Shown piece by piece: positions 10,660-19,889 of a stretch of 64,000 nucleotides of DNA. Source of the stretch: an uncultured delta proteobacterium. GTDB taxonomy: Bacteria; Desulfobacterota; RBG-13-43-22. Within the stretch, counting starts at the first letter, position 1, and every line of letters begins with the position of its first letter. The DNA is taken from NCBI GenBank assembly GCA_963790475.1, contig CAWBOS010000010.1, positions 128,001 through 192,000 of the forward strand, in the 5' to 3' direction. Below the pieces are notes generated by a model. The model saw only the letters and a list, made by a program, of their open reading frames with translations. It searched no databases and was not told the DNA's origin. Made by a program: the position numbers and the translations under genes.

Positions 10660-11247
10660 TTAATTCTTAAAGAGCGTCTTGCTTTCTCTATGCAGCCTCA
10701 CATGATAGGGGAAAGAGCCTATCAGTATTTCCATCTCCGCAGCCTCCCGTACGGAAAGGCCATCTGCACCGAGTTTCCGACCATAGTATCCGTTGGCCAC
10801 CACTGTTGCAGCAGGCCCTATCCATTGCACGAGGTCCTTTGCGTTCCCGGCTTGCAGATACATACTGATGTCGTTGATGAAAAGGATGTCCTTTCCTGTG
10901 CGCCGAAACTCGTCAAAGAGGGGATCGATTTTTCCCCTGTTTTCCCGGGCCTTCATGACGGCCTCTTCGTCGGTCTTCGATGTCAGCCGGGGAGGTCTGA
11001 GTATTGCAGTCAGATAGACCACATCCGTCCATCCGGCAGCCATCAGCTTTCCTCCTACCCCTTTGATGCCCCTCTGTAAGGCAATCTCTTTAGGAATCTC
11101 CGGCGCCATATCTACAATCACGATTCGGGATGAGAGGCCGCGACTGCATAATCCTTCCATGATGTTTCTCGCCAGCGTCGTTTTCCCTGTGTTCACATCC
11201 CCGGTGATCAGTATCTGCTTGCCAAGCACATCCTTTGGCTCTGCCAT
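10660..11247 (-). CDS. Uncharacterised P-loop NTPase
   Basis: ILITGDVNTGKT Walker A; GGAGG SD; follows the MFS gene by a few bases. Confidence 0.7.
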   Translation of the reverse strand: MAEPKDVLGKQILITGDVNTGKTTLARNIMEGLCSRGLSSRIVIVDMAPEIPKEIALQRGIKGVGGKLMAAGWTDVVYLTAILRPPRLTSKTDEEAVMKARENRGKIDPLFDEFRRTGKDILFINDISMYLQAGNAKDLVQWIGPAATVVANGYYGRKLGADGLSVREAAEMEILIGSFPYHVRLHRESKTLFKN

Positions 11248-11257
11248 AGACACCTCC

Positions 11258-12472
11258 TTATGACCGTTTCTTCAGGGTCTCAGGCAAAAAGCAGAGGGTA
11301 ACGACGCCCAGAAGATTAATGACACAGGTAATGGCGAGACCTGTCTGAAGACCGTAGATTTTGCCTATATAACCTATCGTATAGGGCGCCAGTACAGCGC
11401 CGATACGTCCCATATTCCAGCAGAACCCGCTTGCATATGCACGGAGGTGTTCAGGATACAACTCTGCATAGTAAGCTCCCACGGCCGCTGCAAATCCGCT
11501 CACCCCGATGCCCACTACAGCGCCCCACCAGAAAAGGAATATGGGGTTCTGTAAAATGATATAGACGCCGACGGAAAAGGCAACCAGCAGGAAGGCAGCC
11601 ATCATGGCATTCCGGCGTCCTATCTTATCAGCCATATAGCCGAAGACCTGGAAGCCGATGAACATGCCAACATACATAAAGAGGGAAAAGTTGGCCATGG
11701 TTATAAGGGAGAGCCCTCTCTCCTTCACAAGGAAGGTGGGGACCCAGTAGGCAATACCCCAGTAACCGGCAAGGTTGCACATGCTCACGAGGGTGGCCAA
11801 AATGGTGGTCTTGAGCAGCCCTTTCTCAAATATTGCGCCGATCCTGACCTTTTCTTTCTTTGACGCAGGAGCCAGGGCTGTTCCCTTTTTGTTGTCTGAC
11901 GGTATGAGCCATCCGACAATGAATGCGAGGATAATCGAGCAGACTCCCAGAAGGAAGAGGACCCGCCAGTCCAGGTTGAGCACCAGTCTGCCCACGAGCG
12001 ATGCGAGTACGGCGCCGATCGCAAAGCTGCTTACAAAAAAAGAGGCGGCCCGGGCGCGAAAGGCTGGCGCCCAGTGCTCGACCATCAGGGCAGCGCAAGG
12101 GCCCCAGAGACCGCCTATGGCAAGGCCGGTAAAGAATCTGAGGGCCATCCACTGAGTCCAGGTTGAGACAAAGTAGACACAACCCATACCGATGCCCAGC
12201 CAGACGAGGGTCAGAACAAGGGTAAATCGCCTGCCGTAATTCTCTGCGAGGAGGCCAAAGACGATGGAGCCTGCCATGGCCCCCACCATCGTGGCCGAGC
12301 CGAGAAGCCCCCCTTCAGGCAGGGAAATGTTGAGCACCTTGAGCAAGACCGGCATGGCAATGGCCAGGACGATGAGGTCGTAGCTGTCAACTAAATAGGA
12401 AAAAAAGGAGGCCCACAGCACACGCCAGCGGTACACAGTGCCCGTGGCAGTTTCGTAAATAGGTTCAGTCAT
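11258..12472 (-). CDS. MFS transporter (aromatic acid/sialate-like)
   Basis: About 12 TM segments, DSYD in TM1, GLLAENYGRR and GYMADKIGRR motif A, ELYP..R, LPET. Confidence 0.9.
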   Translation of the reverse strand: MTEPIYETATGTVYRWRVLWASFFSYLVDSYDLIVLAIAMPVLLKVLNISLPEGGLLGSATMVGAMAGSIVFGLLAENYGRRFTLVLTLVWLGIGMGCVYFVSTWTQWMALRFFTGLAIGGLWGPCAALMVEHWAPAFRARAASFFVSSFAIGAVLASLVGRLVLNLDWRVLFLLGVCSIILAFIVGWLIPSDNKKGTALAPASKKEKVRIGAIFEKGLLKTTILATLVSMCNLAGYWGIAYWVPTFLVKERGLSLITMANFSLFMYVGMFIGFQVFGYMADKIGRRNAMMAAFLLVAFSVGVYIILQNPIFLFWWGAVVGIGVSGFAAAVGAYYAELYPEHLRAYASGFCWNMGRIGAVLAPYTIGYIGKIYGLQTGLAITCVINLLGVVTLCFLPETLKKRS

Positions 12473-12803
12473 CGATTCCCCCGTACTCTTTTTTATAGTC
12501 GTTCAAAGATATTTTCCAAGAAGAAATAGAAATCAAATGAATTATATATTCTATCGCAACATGTGGCTACATATCAATACTCAAATGCGTTTTTGTATGG
12601 GATGAGTGACAAAGGGAGGGTGGGGATAAGGATGATATGGTTATTGATAGTTATTGATTGTCCTGATTACAGTGCATTACAAAATTCTTCCTGACAACGA
12701 ATCTGTCAACCCTTAGCCACATTGAAGCAAGCAGCGCCCAAGCCTTCACCTACGAAGCAAGAGGTCGGATGGTAGCAAGAGTTGATGATTTACGTTTGGA
12801 AGA

Positions 12804-12864
12804 GAGCATACGGTTTGGCGCTGAGCGACTGTCGCAGCCAGTCCGCTCGAGCGGCTTGTTCAAG
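12804..12864. other. Degenerate attC-like hairpin
   Basis: GCTGAGCGACTG...CAGTCCGCTCGAGCGGCTTGTT imperfect palindrome of ~60 bp ending in a GTT core-like site. Confidence 0.4.
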
Positions 12865-13021
12865 TAAGCCCCCTTGCGGCAGAACCCTTTTTTGTAATCA
12901 TTTCTGGTAAATCTCTTTAGAATCCATTCGATAGGACGTATAATGTTTAGTCAAGTATGATACTTCAAAACCCCTCCCAATGGGAAGGGGCAAGTCTTTT
13001 TATGAAGAAAGGAGAAGTATC

Positions 13022-13126
13022 ATGATGGCCAATTGGTATGACAAAACGATCCAAGCCCTTCAACTCAACGGCAAAGGGGAGCGCACCCAGAAGGCCTATG
13101 CCTACTCGGCCTTCTGGGTCTATTAA
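13022..13126 (+). pseudogene. N-terminal remnant of a tyrosine recombinase (type usually paired with IS91-like transposases)
   Basis: AAGGAG SD; MMANWYDKTIQALQLNGKGERTQKAYA resembles the integrase N-terminal SAM-like domain; diverges after 27 aa and stops at codon 35. Confidence 0.6.
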
Positions 13127-13276
13127 TAAGCCCGTGATCAACATCCCTGATCAATTTATTTCTAACCCTTACCTTATATAGATCACCAAAAATATTCATG
13201 CTTCTTGAACAATGGATTAATACGACCGTACTGGATCGTCTCAATCCTTAGTTAGTGGTTAGGCCGATGAATTTCC

Positions 13277-14152
13277 CTATTTTTTGCCCACGATGAAATA
13301 AGTGCGAAAATATTCAAGATTTTTGGAGCTAATTCCTTTTACTTTGAGCAAATCATCTACGGTTCTATATGGGCGGCCGGCTATAATTCTTTGAGCAAGA
13401 ACTGGACCGATACCTTTTATAGACTGAAGTTCTTTTTCAGCGGCAGTGTTAAGGTTTACTAAACCCTGTGGAGATTTGGCTTTTGTTACCTGATCCCGTA
13501 TTTCCTGTAATTCACGATCTTCACTGCGTTGTTTAGAGCGGAGTTCCGCAATTCGATCCGGATCACTCTCCGCCCAAACGCCAACACGTTTCAACATGGC
13601 CGAAATCTCAAAATCCCGCAGCCTTTTAACCATTTCATCCCGTGTAACTCCGTCGAACGTTTCCCTCCCCATGCCGTATGTCCGGGCAAAACCATTTTTA
13701 ACGAGCAGGCTCGCCAAATCATTTCCGTCAGCAGTGGTGATGAATCCATATACTCGGCCATTGGATGACCTTCCTAACGCACTTGCAAAGGCTGTATAAA
13801 CAGTAAAAGGTTTAACAAGGACATGATTAACAAAGGTTTTTGCTTCGTTACCGAAATGAATAGTACGTTTTACATCAGACAATCCAAAATAACGTGTTTG
13901 TTCCCGGACCCTCTGTACATCACCTGTAAAAGCAATTAAGGTTTCAGGACAGTCCACAAAATAAAGCCTCACATGGAAAGATCTCCCATTGGCTTCCACA
14001 AGAAAGCTATCCCCATCATTTGCTGGATCATTTATCAATCTCACATTGGAGAACATTTGCAAATCAGCAGAAAATGACGGAGAAATGCCTCCAAACATCA
14101 GCACTGCTGTTACGAATAAAAACCCGATTGTCGGTTGAATAAGATTTTTCAT
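13277..14152 (-). CDS. Secreted thermonuclease (SNase-like) fused to a ComEA-type helix-hairpin-helix domain
   Basis: Signal peptide; DGDSF, VRLYFVDCPE, GRVYG, LVKNGFAR; C-terminal VNLNTA...IKGIGPVLAQRII. Confidence 0.85.
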   Translation of the reverse strand: MKNLIQPTIGFLFVTAVLMFGGISPSFSADLQMFSNVRLINDPANDGDSFLVEANGRSFHVRLYFVDCPETLIAFTGDVQRVREQTRYFGLSDVKRTIHFGNEAKTFVNHVLVKPFTVYTAFASALGRSSNGRVYGFITTADGNDLASLLVKNGFARTYGMGRETFDGVTRDEMVKRLRDFEISAMLKRVGVWAESDPDRIAELRSKQRSEDRELQEIRDQVTKAKSPQGLVNLNTAAEKELQSIKGIGPVLAQRIIAGRPYRTVDDLLKVKGISSKNLEYFRTYFIVGKK

Positions 14153-14294
14153 AACGTAACCTTAAGGGTCAACAAGTTATTCTAAAGTTTCTGTATAACA
14201 CCCCAACTCAAGTAATCTCTTCGGGGATATAAACAAAGACCATTGGCTGATATTGGACGTCCAACGGTACGGCACCCTTTTTAAATTCCAGATG

Positions 14295-14692
14295 ACCTAT
14301 TATAAAAGATAAATATTATCATGACAAATTAATTTCTGGCGTTATTTCTTTGAATGATATATTTGATGCTCATCCGTAGAGAATATTTTTGGGAGAGAGT
14401 TGACAGCGAAAAGATCAGGAAAGGAGAAAGATAAAATGAAACGGGTCACGGAAAATGTTTTTGTGGAAACCGGTTATCGAGGATGTAATCCGGGTTTTGT
14501 GAAGACCTCGGAAGGGGTGGTGATGATCGACACCCCCCAGATCCCCAGAGATGCCCTGGCCTACCGGGAGATTGTTCAAAAACAGGGTAAGGTCATTTAT
14601 TTGATCAACACCGAACCGCACGGCGATCATTATACAGGCAATTTCTTTTTCGATGCCGTCTGCGTGCCCATCAAGGGACCAGAGAAGTTATG
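14295..14692 (+). repeat. Direct-repeat copy 1 (promoter + 5' part of MBL hydrolase); copy 2 at ~15566-15948
   Basis: Starts at shared ACCTATTATAAAAGATAAATATTATC; coding part nearly identical. Confidence 0.9.
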
Positions 14693-14693
14693 A
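14436..14693 (+). pseudogene. Truncated duplicate of MBL-fold hydrolase 15690-16514
   Basis: Same N-terminus to ...FFDAVCV, then a 1-nt deletion (GTGCCC vs GTGGCCC) and stop. Confidence 0.85.
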
Positions 14694-14912
14694 TGAAATC
14701 GTCGTTGGACGTCCCGGCATGTACATGGAGGGACGCGGGTGGTAAAACAACTTAAGGATTATCTTAAATTCTGAATTTCAATTTCCGAAGGCACCTAATC
14801 TGGTTTGCCTTGGCCTGCTTTTTTCTTCATTTTTATATCTCTATTTGCAAAGTTGCCTTTGCACTAGCGTCTCCGTTTACGATTGCCGGAAACCCCGGCC
14901 ATTTGTTGTAAA

Positions 14913-15491
14913 TTATGAACGAGGCTGAGATAACCTTTTCAGGTCTTCCCGTAGTTGCCCTATCAGCGCAATTTGCTTTTGCTGGATGGCTATTAGATCG
15001 TTCCACTGCTTCTCTCTGAGCCTGTCTATTTTTTCATTAAGGGCCATTATCTCAAGTTCCGCCTTGAGGTTGACTTCATAGTCATGTTGGGCTCTGTGGC
15101 GATCTTTATCGTCCTGCCGATTCTGCGACATCAGAATGATGGGTGCTTGAATGGCTCCAAGCATGGATAAAACGAGGTTTAGCAGAATATAGGGATAGGG
15201 ATCGAATTCCTTGCTTATCTTGATGAGGAGGAAAGAGTTGAGTGCGATCCAGGCAAAGAAGATCAGGCAGAAAATGGTGATGAAGGGCCAGGAGCCACCG
15301 AAAGCCGCCACCTTGTCAGCAATCCGCTGGCCGTGGGTCAGTTGCTCATCGTATTCCCTGACCATGTCCTTCGATATCGGAGTCCGTTCGTGAAGATGAT
15401 AAGCGATTTCTTTTTCTTTTTCACCGAACTCCTTACAGCTTCGTTGAAGGATGCTCTCCGGTGTGCACTGCTCCATCTCGTCGGTGGCCAT
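14913..15491 (-). CDS. DUF1003 membrane protein
   Basis: GQRIADKVAAFGGSW, FDPYPYILLNL, QAPIILMSQNRQ, DYEVNLKAELEI. Confidence 0.92.
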   Translation of the reverse strand: MATDEMEQCTPESILQRSCKEFGEKEKEIAYHLHERTPISKDMVREYDEQLTHGQRIADKVAAFGGSWPFITIFCLIFFAWIALNSFLLIKISKEFDPYPYILLNLVLSMLGAIQAPIILMSQNRQDDKDRHRAQHDYEVNLKAELEIMALNEKIDRLREKQWNDLIAIQQKQIALIGQLREDLKRLSQPRS

Positions 15492-15689
15492 AGAGACCTC
15501 CATTTTCTCTACCCTGAATTTTTGTTTTTTATACTTCTTATGTTACTTTGAAAGGAAATCTTGGTACCTATTATAAAAGATAAATATTATCTTGACAATT
15601 TCTTTCAACCGGTTATTTCTTGAAAGATAAAAATGATGTCCATCCGTATAGAATTGTCAGCGAAAAGATCGGGAAAGGAGGAAGATCAA

Positions 15690-16514
15690 ATGAACCAGGT
15701 CACGAAAAATATTTTTGTGGAAACCGGTTATCGAGGATGTAATCCGGGTTTTGTGAAGACCTCGGAAGGGGTGGTGATGATCGACACCCCCCAGATTCCC
15801 AGAGATGCCCTGGCCTACCGGGAGATTGTTCAAAAACAGGGTAAGGTAATTTATTTGATCAACACCGAACCGCACGGCGATCATTATACGGGCAATTTCT
15901 TTTTCGATGCTGTCTGCGTGGCCCATCAGGGGACTCGGGAAGCCATGAGGCAAGCATCATTGGAGGCCTTGAAAGAAAGGATAAAATTACTGGATCCCGG
16001 TTTCGAACCCCATCTGGATACCTACCGGATAAAACTGCCGACCATCACTTTCGATCGGTCCATGCGTTTGTATGTGGGCAACCATACCTTCGAACTGTTC
16101 CACCTTCCCGGCCATACGGCCAGCGAAACAGCGGTCTTTATTCCGGAGGAACGAACCGCTTTCACCGGGGATAATATCTTTAATCAGGTGCAGTCTTTTC
16201 TTCATGAAGCCTGGCCGAAGGAGTGGCTTGAGTCGCTGGAGGCGCTAAAAAAATTGGATGCGGATCATTATATCCCCGGACACGGGGAGGTCTGCGGCAA
16301 GGCCTATCTGGATGAACAGGCCTCATTTATCAAGGACTGGATCAATTCCATCCGGGAAGCGATCAAGAAAGGATGGACTTTGGATGAGGCCCAGAAGCTT
16401 ATCTCATTTCTGAACCGTTATCCCATGGGGGCGGGTATGGAGGCCTTCGGCCCAGAGCTGCAGAAAATGAATGTGGCCCGTCTTTACGCCCTGGCTATGG
16501 AGGGAAGGCTTTAA
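15690..16514 (+). CDS. MBL-fold metallo-hydrolase (cyclase-like)
   Basis: INTEPHGDH, GHT, FTGD, IPGHG; AGGAGG SD. Confidence 0.9.
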   Translation: MNQVTKNIFVETGYRGCNPGFVKTSEGVVMIDTPQIPRDALAYREIVQKQGKVIYLINTEPHGDHYTGNFFFDAVCVAHQGTREAMRQASLEALKERIKLLDPGFEPHLDTYRIKLPTITFDRSMRLYVGNHTFELFHLPGHTASETAVFIPEERTAFTGDNIFNQVQSFLHEAWPKEWLESLEALKKLDADHYIPGHGEVCGKAYLDEQASFIKDWINSIREAIKKGWTLDEAQKLISFLNRYPMGAGMEAFGPELQKMNVARLYALAMEGRL

Positions 16515-16665
16515 CACGAAAAATACCGTTCGTCGTTAAGCGTTCGGGTCTAAAGAGCTCCAAGCCAAAAACAAACGGGTAAAAAGTTTGGAGTTCGGAG
16601 ATAAAAGGTCAAAGAAAGAACAAGGCAGGTTCGGAGTAGGGGAATAGGAGGAAAGAAAAGAATGT

Positions 16666-16698
16666 AAAAAAAGGGCGGGTTTTATCCCGCCCTTTTTT
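16666..16698. terminator. Bidirectional intrinsic terminator
   Basis: A7-GGGCGGG-ttttat-CCCGCCC-T6 between convergent genes. Confidence 0.9.
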
Positions 16699-16747
16699 AT
16701 CTCAAGCACGAAGGCTTAAGCGATAAAGCCTATCCTAAACGGAATGC

Positions 16748-18196
16748 TTACTTAACGGCCTTCAGTAAGGATTCAGGCATGGTCCAGGGAGATTTCATTG
16801 GCTGCTGATAATCCGGGTGATCCGTGGGGATTCCCAGACCGCGTTTGGCAATGGCCTTGAATTTTTCCCAATCGGCCATCTGATAAACCACCATCCTCTG
16901 GGTGGCCAGAGAGCCTTCGGCATGGATAGTCAGGACGCCGCCGAAGGTCGAGCCCATGCGGATGACCGCGTTAACGGCCTTGATCCGATCTTCAGCCGAG
17001 AAGCGGGCATCACCTTGCAGATACTTATCCATATACTTTTTGACTTCAGGATTCTCATAATCCTTCGTGGAAGGAATGGTGGCGGCAATACCGCCGGTGA
17101 TATCCTGGACATACTTCATGGCTTCATGCCACTGGGAGGCAAACCAGTACTTGGCGCAGTTGGTGTAAACCGGATTTGGTAAAGCAAATCCCGTTTCCGG
17201 ATCGATAACCGGGGCCAGGGCAGCGGCTTTTCCCAAGGCCTCGGTGACATCGGCATACATGGCCAGCCAGGCCAGCATGTCCTGGATCCGGGTGGCATGG
17301 GTCAAACCGTTATATTCGGCCATCAACATGGCGGTACCGGCCACATGCTGCAATTGGACGTGCTTGTAAGTGGCGGCGGTTAGGCGATGATAACGGGCGA
17401 AAGAAGTGGCATAGACCCGGGAGAACTGCCATTCACCGCAGAGAAACACCCTTTCCCAGGGCACAAAGACGTTATCAAAAATGATCATGGGGTGGCCGCC
17501 GTTCTCGGAGCCGGCCGTGGCCAGGAACTTCACGCCCTTGGCCCCGCAGGGGACGGCACAGGATACGGCATAATCCTTGCCGGTTTCGTTATGGTTGCGG
17601 GAAGGGAGGACGATCAATTCATTGGATAGAATAGAATCGCTGATGTGCAGTTTACAACCGACAATGGTGATGCCTTCCTTGTTTTTGTCAACCACCCGGA
17701 CATAAAAGTCCTTGTGGGCCTGTCTGGGGTCTTCGGCATGCAGTCTCCGGTTACCCTTGGGGTCGCTGACTGCGGCGCAGAGGCTGGGGTCGTTTTTCTT
17801 GCACCAGGCCCGATAGGCCTTCATGTTCTCGGCATAATGGGTGCCCATGGCCGCATCCATTTTTTCACAGGCATAGGCCACACCGTTCAAACTGTCGATA
17901 CCGGTAAGCCGGGAACCGCCGATTCGATTGCTGGTCAGGGTCGTGAGAATTTGCCTGCGTCTTTGCAGGTGTTCCCCGGTTGTGGGTACGTTAAAGGAGA
18001 AGGAGACCTCCTCGCCGTCCTCCACCATATTGAACAGCTCCCGATACTTCGGCTGGGTAGAAATCCAGAATTCGGCCGCGGAGCGCTCCACCGCCTCTTT
18101 GTAACGGGTAGGCACGTCTTTTACCAGTTCCCCGTCCTGATAGACCACTCTTCCATCTCTTAAACTTTCAACATACTGTTCCGGTGTCTTAACCAT
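16748..18196 (-). CDS. 4-hydroxybutyryl-CoA dehydratase / HpaB-family flavoprotein
   Basis: YVESLRDGR, AVSDPKGNR, GCKLHIS, IFDNVFVPWERVF, IHAEGS. Confidence 0.85.
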   Translation of the reverse strand: MVKTPEQYVESLRDGRVVYQDGELVKDVPTRYKEAVERSAAEFWISTQPKYRELFNMVEDGEEVSFSFNVPTTGEHLQRRRQILTTLTSNRIGGSRLTGIDSLNGVAYACEKMDAAMGTHYAENMKAYRAWCKKNDPSLCAAVSDPKGNRRLHAEDPRQAHKDFYVRVVDKNKEGITIVGCKLHISDSILSNELIVLPSRNHNETGKDYAVSCAVPCGAKGVKFLATAGSENGGHPMIIFDNVFVPWERVFLCGEWQFSRVYATSFARYHRLTAATYKHVQLQHVAGTAMLMAEYNGLTHATRIQDMLAWLAMYADVTEALGKAAALAPVIDPETGFALPNPVYTNCAKYWFASQWHEAMKYVQDITGGIAATIPSTKDYENPEVKKYMDKYLQGDARFSAEDRIKAVNAVIRMGSTFGGVLTIHAEGSLATQRMVVYQMADWEKFKAIAKRGLGIPTDHPDYQQPMKSPWTMPESLLKAVK

Positions 18197-18329
18197 TGTT
18201 GTTCCTTTCTAATATTAGATTTGTCGGTTAAAATCTCATGATTTAATTATCTTTAAGAATCCTCGGTTGATATCTTAAATCACCTCCTCAAACATTCCCG
18301 ATATCCGGGAATCAGCAAGCTGTTCACCT

Positions 18330-18358
18330 ACCTTATAAACTTAAATAGTTTAAGTCAA
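18330..18358 (-). promoter_or_regulatory. Sigma70 promoter with palindromic operator, probably MarR-bound
   Basis: Minus strand TTGACT-N17-TAAGGT; ACTTAAA-tag-TTTAAGT palindrome at 18339-18355 covers the spacer. Confidence 0.6.
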
Positions 18359-18389
18359 GATATTTTCAATTTGAAGTAAATTCTAAAGA

Positions 18390-18848
18390 TTAGAGGTCTT
18401 CCCTCAAGGTAACCCCCAGTTTTTTAAGCAGGCGGCCCAGATCCAGCTGCTCCTGCTCGGTTAGAACTGAAGCCATTTTCGTCAGATACCCGGCATGGCG
18501 GGCGAAAGAGTCGTCGAATACTTTTTTCCCTTTCGAAGTAAAACGAACCAGGATAGACCGGCGATCATCCTCGCTGGGAACACGTTCCACCAGGCCGTCT
18601 TTTTCCAGATTGTCGACCACGACCGTCATGTTCCCTCCGCTGACCAGCATTTTCTTACACAATTCTCCCATCATCATCGGGCCCAGGTGCCCCAGACATT
18701 CGATAACGGCATATTGGGCTGCTGTGATGCCGAAGTTCTTCAGATGATCGGCATTTTTTTTGTTGAAGGTTGCATAGCTTCTTATCAATTTCACCCACAT
18801 ACTCAGGGCGGTATCGATCTTTTTCCCGTACTTGATTGTATTTTTCAT
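18390..18848 (-). CDS. MarR family transcriptional regulator
   Basis: GITAAQYAVI...SGGNMTVVVDNLEKDGLVER...DDRRS. Confidence 0.93.
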   Translation of the reverse strand: MKNTIKYGKKIDTALSMWVKLIRSYATFNKKNADHLKNFGITAAQYAVIECLGHLGPMMMGELCKKMLVSGGNMTVVVDNLEKDGLVERVPSEDDRRSILVRFTSKGKKVFDDSFARHAGYLTKMASVLTEQEQLDLGRLLKKLGVTLREDL

Positions 18849-18862
18849 AGGTTTAAGACCAA

Positions 18863-19660
18863 TCAGGCTTTCATGCCGGGTAGGTTGAGTGAAGCAGTAT
18901 TGCCGCCATCGACCGGGAGGGCCTGGCCGGTGATATAGCTGGCGTCATCGCTGGCCAGAAAAAGAATGGCAGCAGCCACCTCTTTGGGATGGCCATATCG
19001 CCTTAATTCACAACGATATCCCATTTTTTCAATTTTCCCCGTTGACCTGGCATAATCAAAGGCCCGTTTGGTCATCCCTGTTTCAATCAAACCCGGGCAA
19101 ACGGCATTGACCCGCACACCGAATCCTCCCAGATCACAGGCCGAGGTCTGGGTAAAATTGATCAAGGCGGCCTTGCTGGCGCTGTAGGCATTGCCTCCGG
19201 CTCCCCCGCGAATCCCGGCTACCGAGGAGGTATTGACAATGGCCCCGGTTTTTCTGGCCATCATGTGCCCGGCCACATGCTTAGACGCAAAAACAGCCCC
19301 TAAGACATTGACCCCGTACACCCTCATCCAGGTCTCCTCACTCTCATTCACTAAACTGGCCAGGTCACCGCCGATGCCGGCGTTATTGCAGAGGATATCG
19401 ATTTGGGAGTAAGTTTTCAGGGCCAGATCGATCAGGGCCTTGACTTCCGCCTCGACGGCTACGTTGGTTATTCGGCCAGTTGCCTCTCCGCCTTCTTCTT
19501 TAATCAAATCCAGTGTCTCGTTTAAACCTTTTTCATTGACATCGGCCAGGACCAGTTTGGCGCCCTCGGTGGCGAATAAAATGGCTGTCGCCCGGCCGAT
19601 TCCGTTGGCGGCCCCGGTGATAATGGCCACCTTTCCAGACAATCTTCCCTTTGTCTCCAT
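18863..19660 (-). CDS. SDR family oxidoreductase
   Basis: TGAANGIG, NNAG, YSASK. Confidence 0.93.
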   Translation of the reverse strand: METKGRLSGKVAIITGAANGIGRATAILFATEGAKLVLADVNEKGLNETLDLIKEEGGEATGRITNVAVEAEVKALIDLALKTYSQIDILCNNAGIGGDLASLVNESEETWMRVYGVNVLGAVFASKHVAGHMMARKTGAIVNTSSVAGIRGGAGGNAYSASKAALINFTQTSACDLGGFGVRVNAVCPGLIETGMTKRAFDYARSTGKIEKMGYRCELRRYGHPKEVAAAILFLASDDASYITGQALPVDGGNTASLNLPGMKA

Positions 19661-19889
19661 GAAATCTCCTTATTTTTTTGTTTCGATCGGCCTTCTTTCA
19701 ATTAAAGTCTTAGCTGAAAACAGGCTTGCAGGCTGAAGGCGGATAGACTGAAGGAAAACGTTCGTCTGATCGTCCAAAACAAAAAATGCCAGAATGGTCT
19801 GACGGGAGATTCGGTCAGGATGATTATCCTTTTTTTACCTTCGGGCCTCGGTCTATCTACCTAAAAATTCCTTTTCTGAATTCGCCCGG

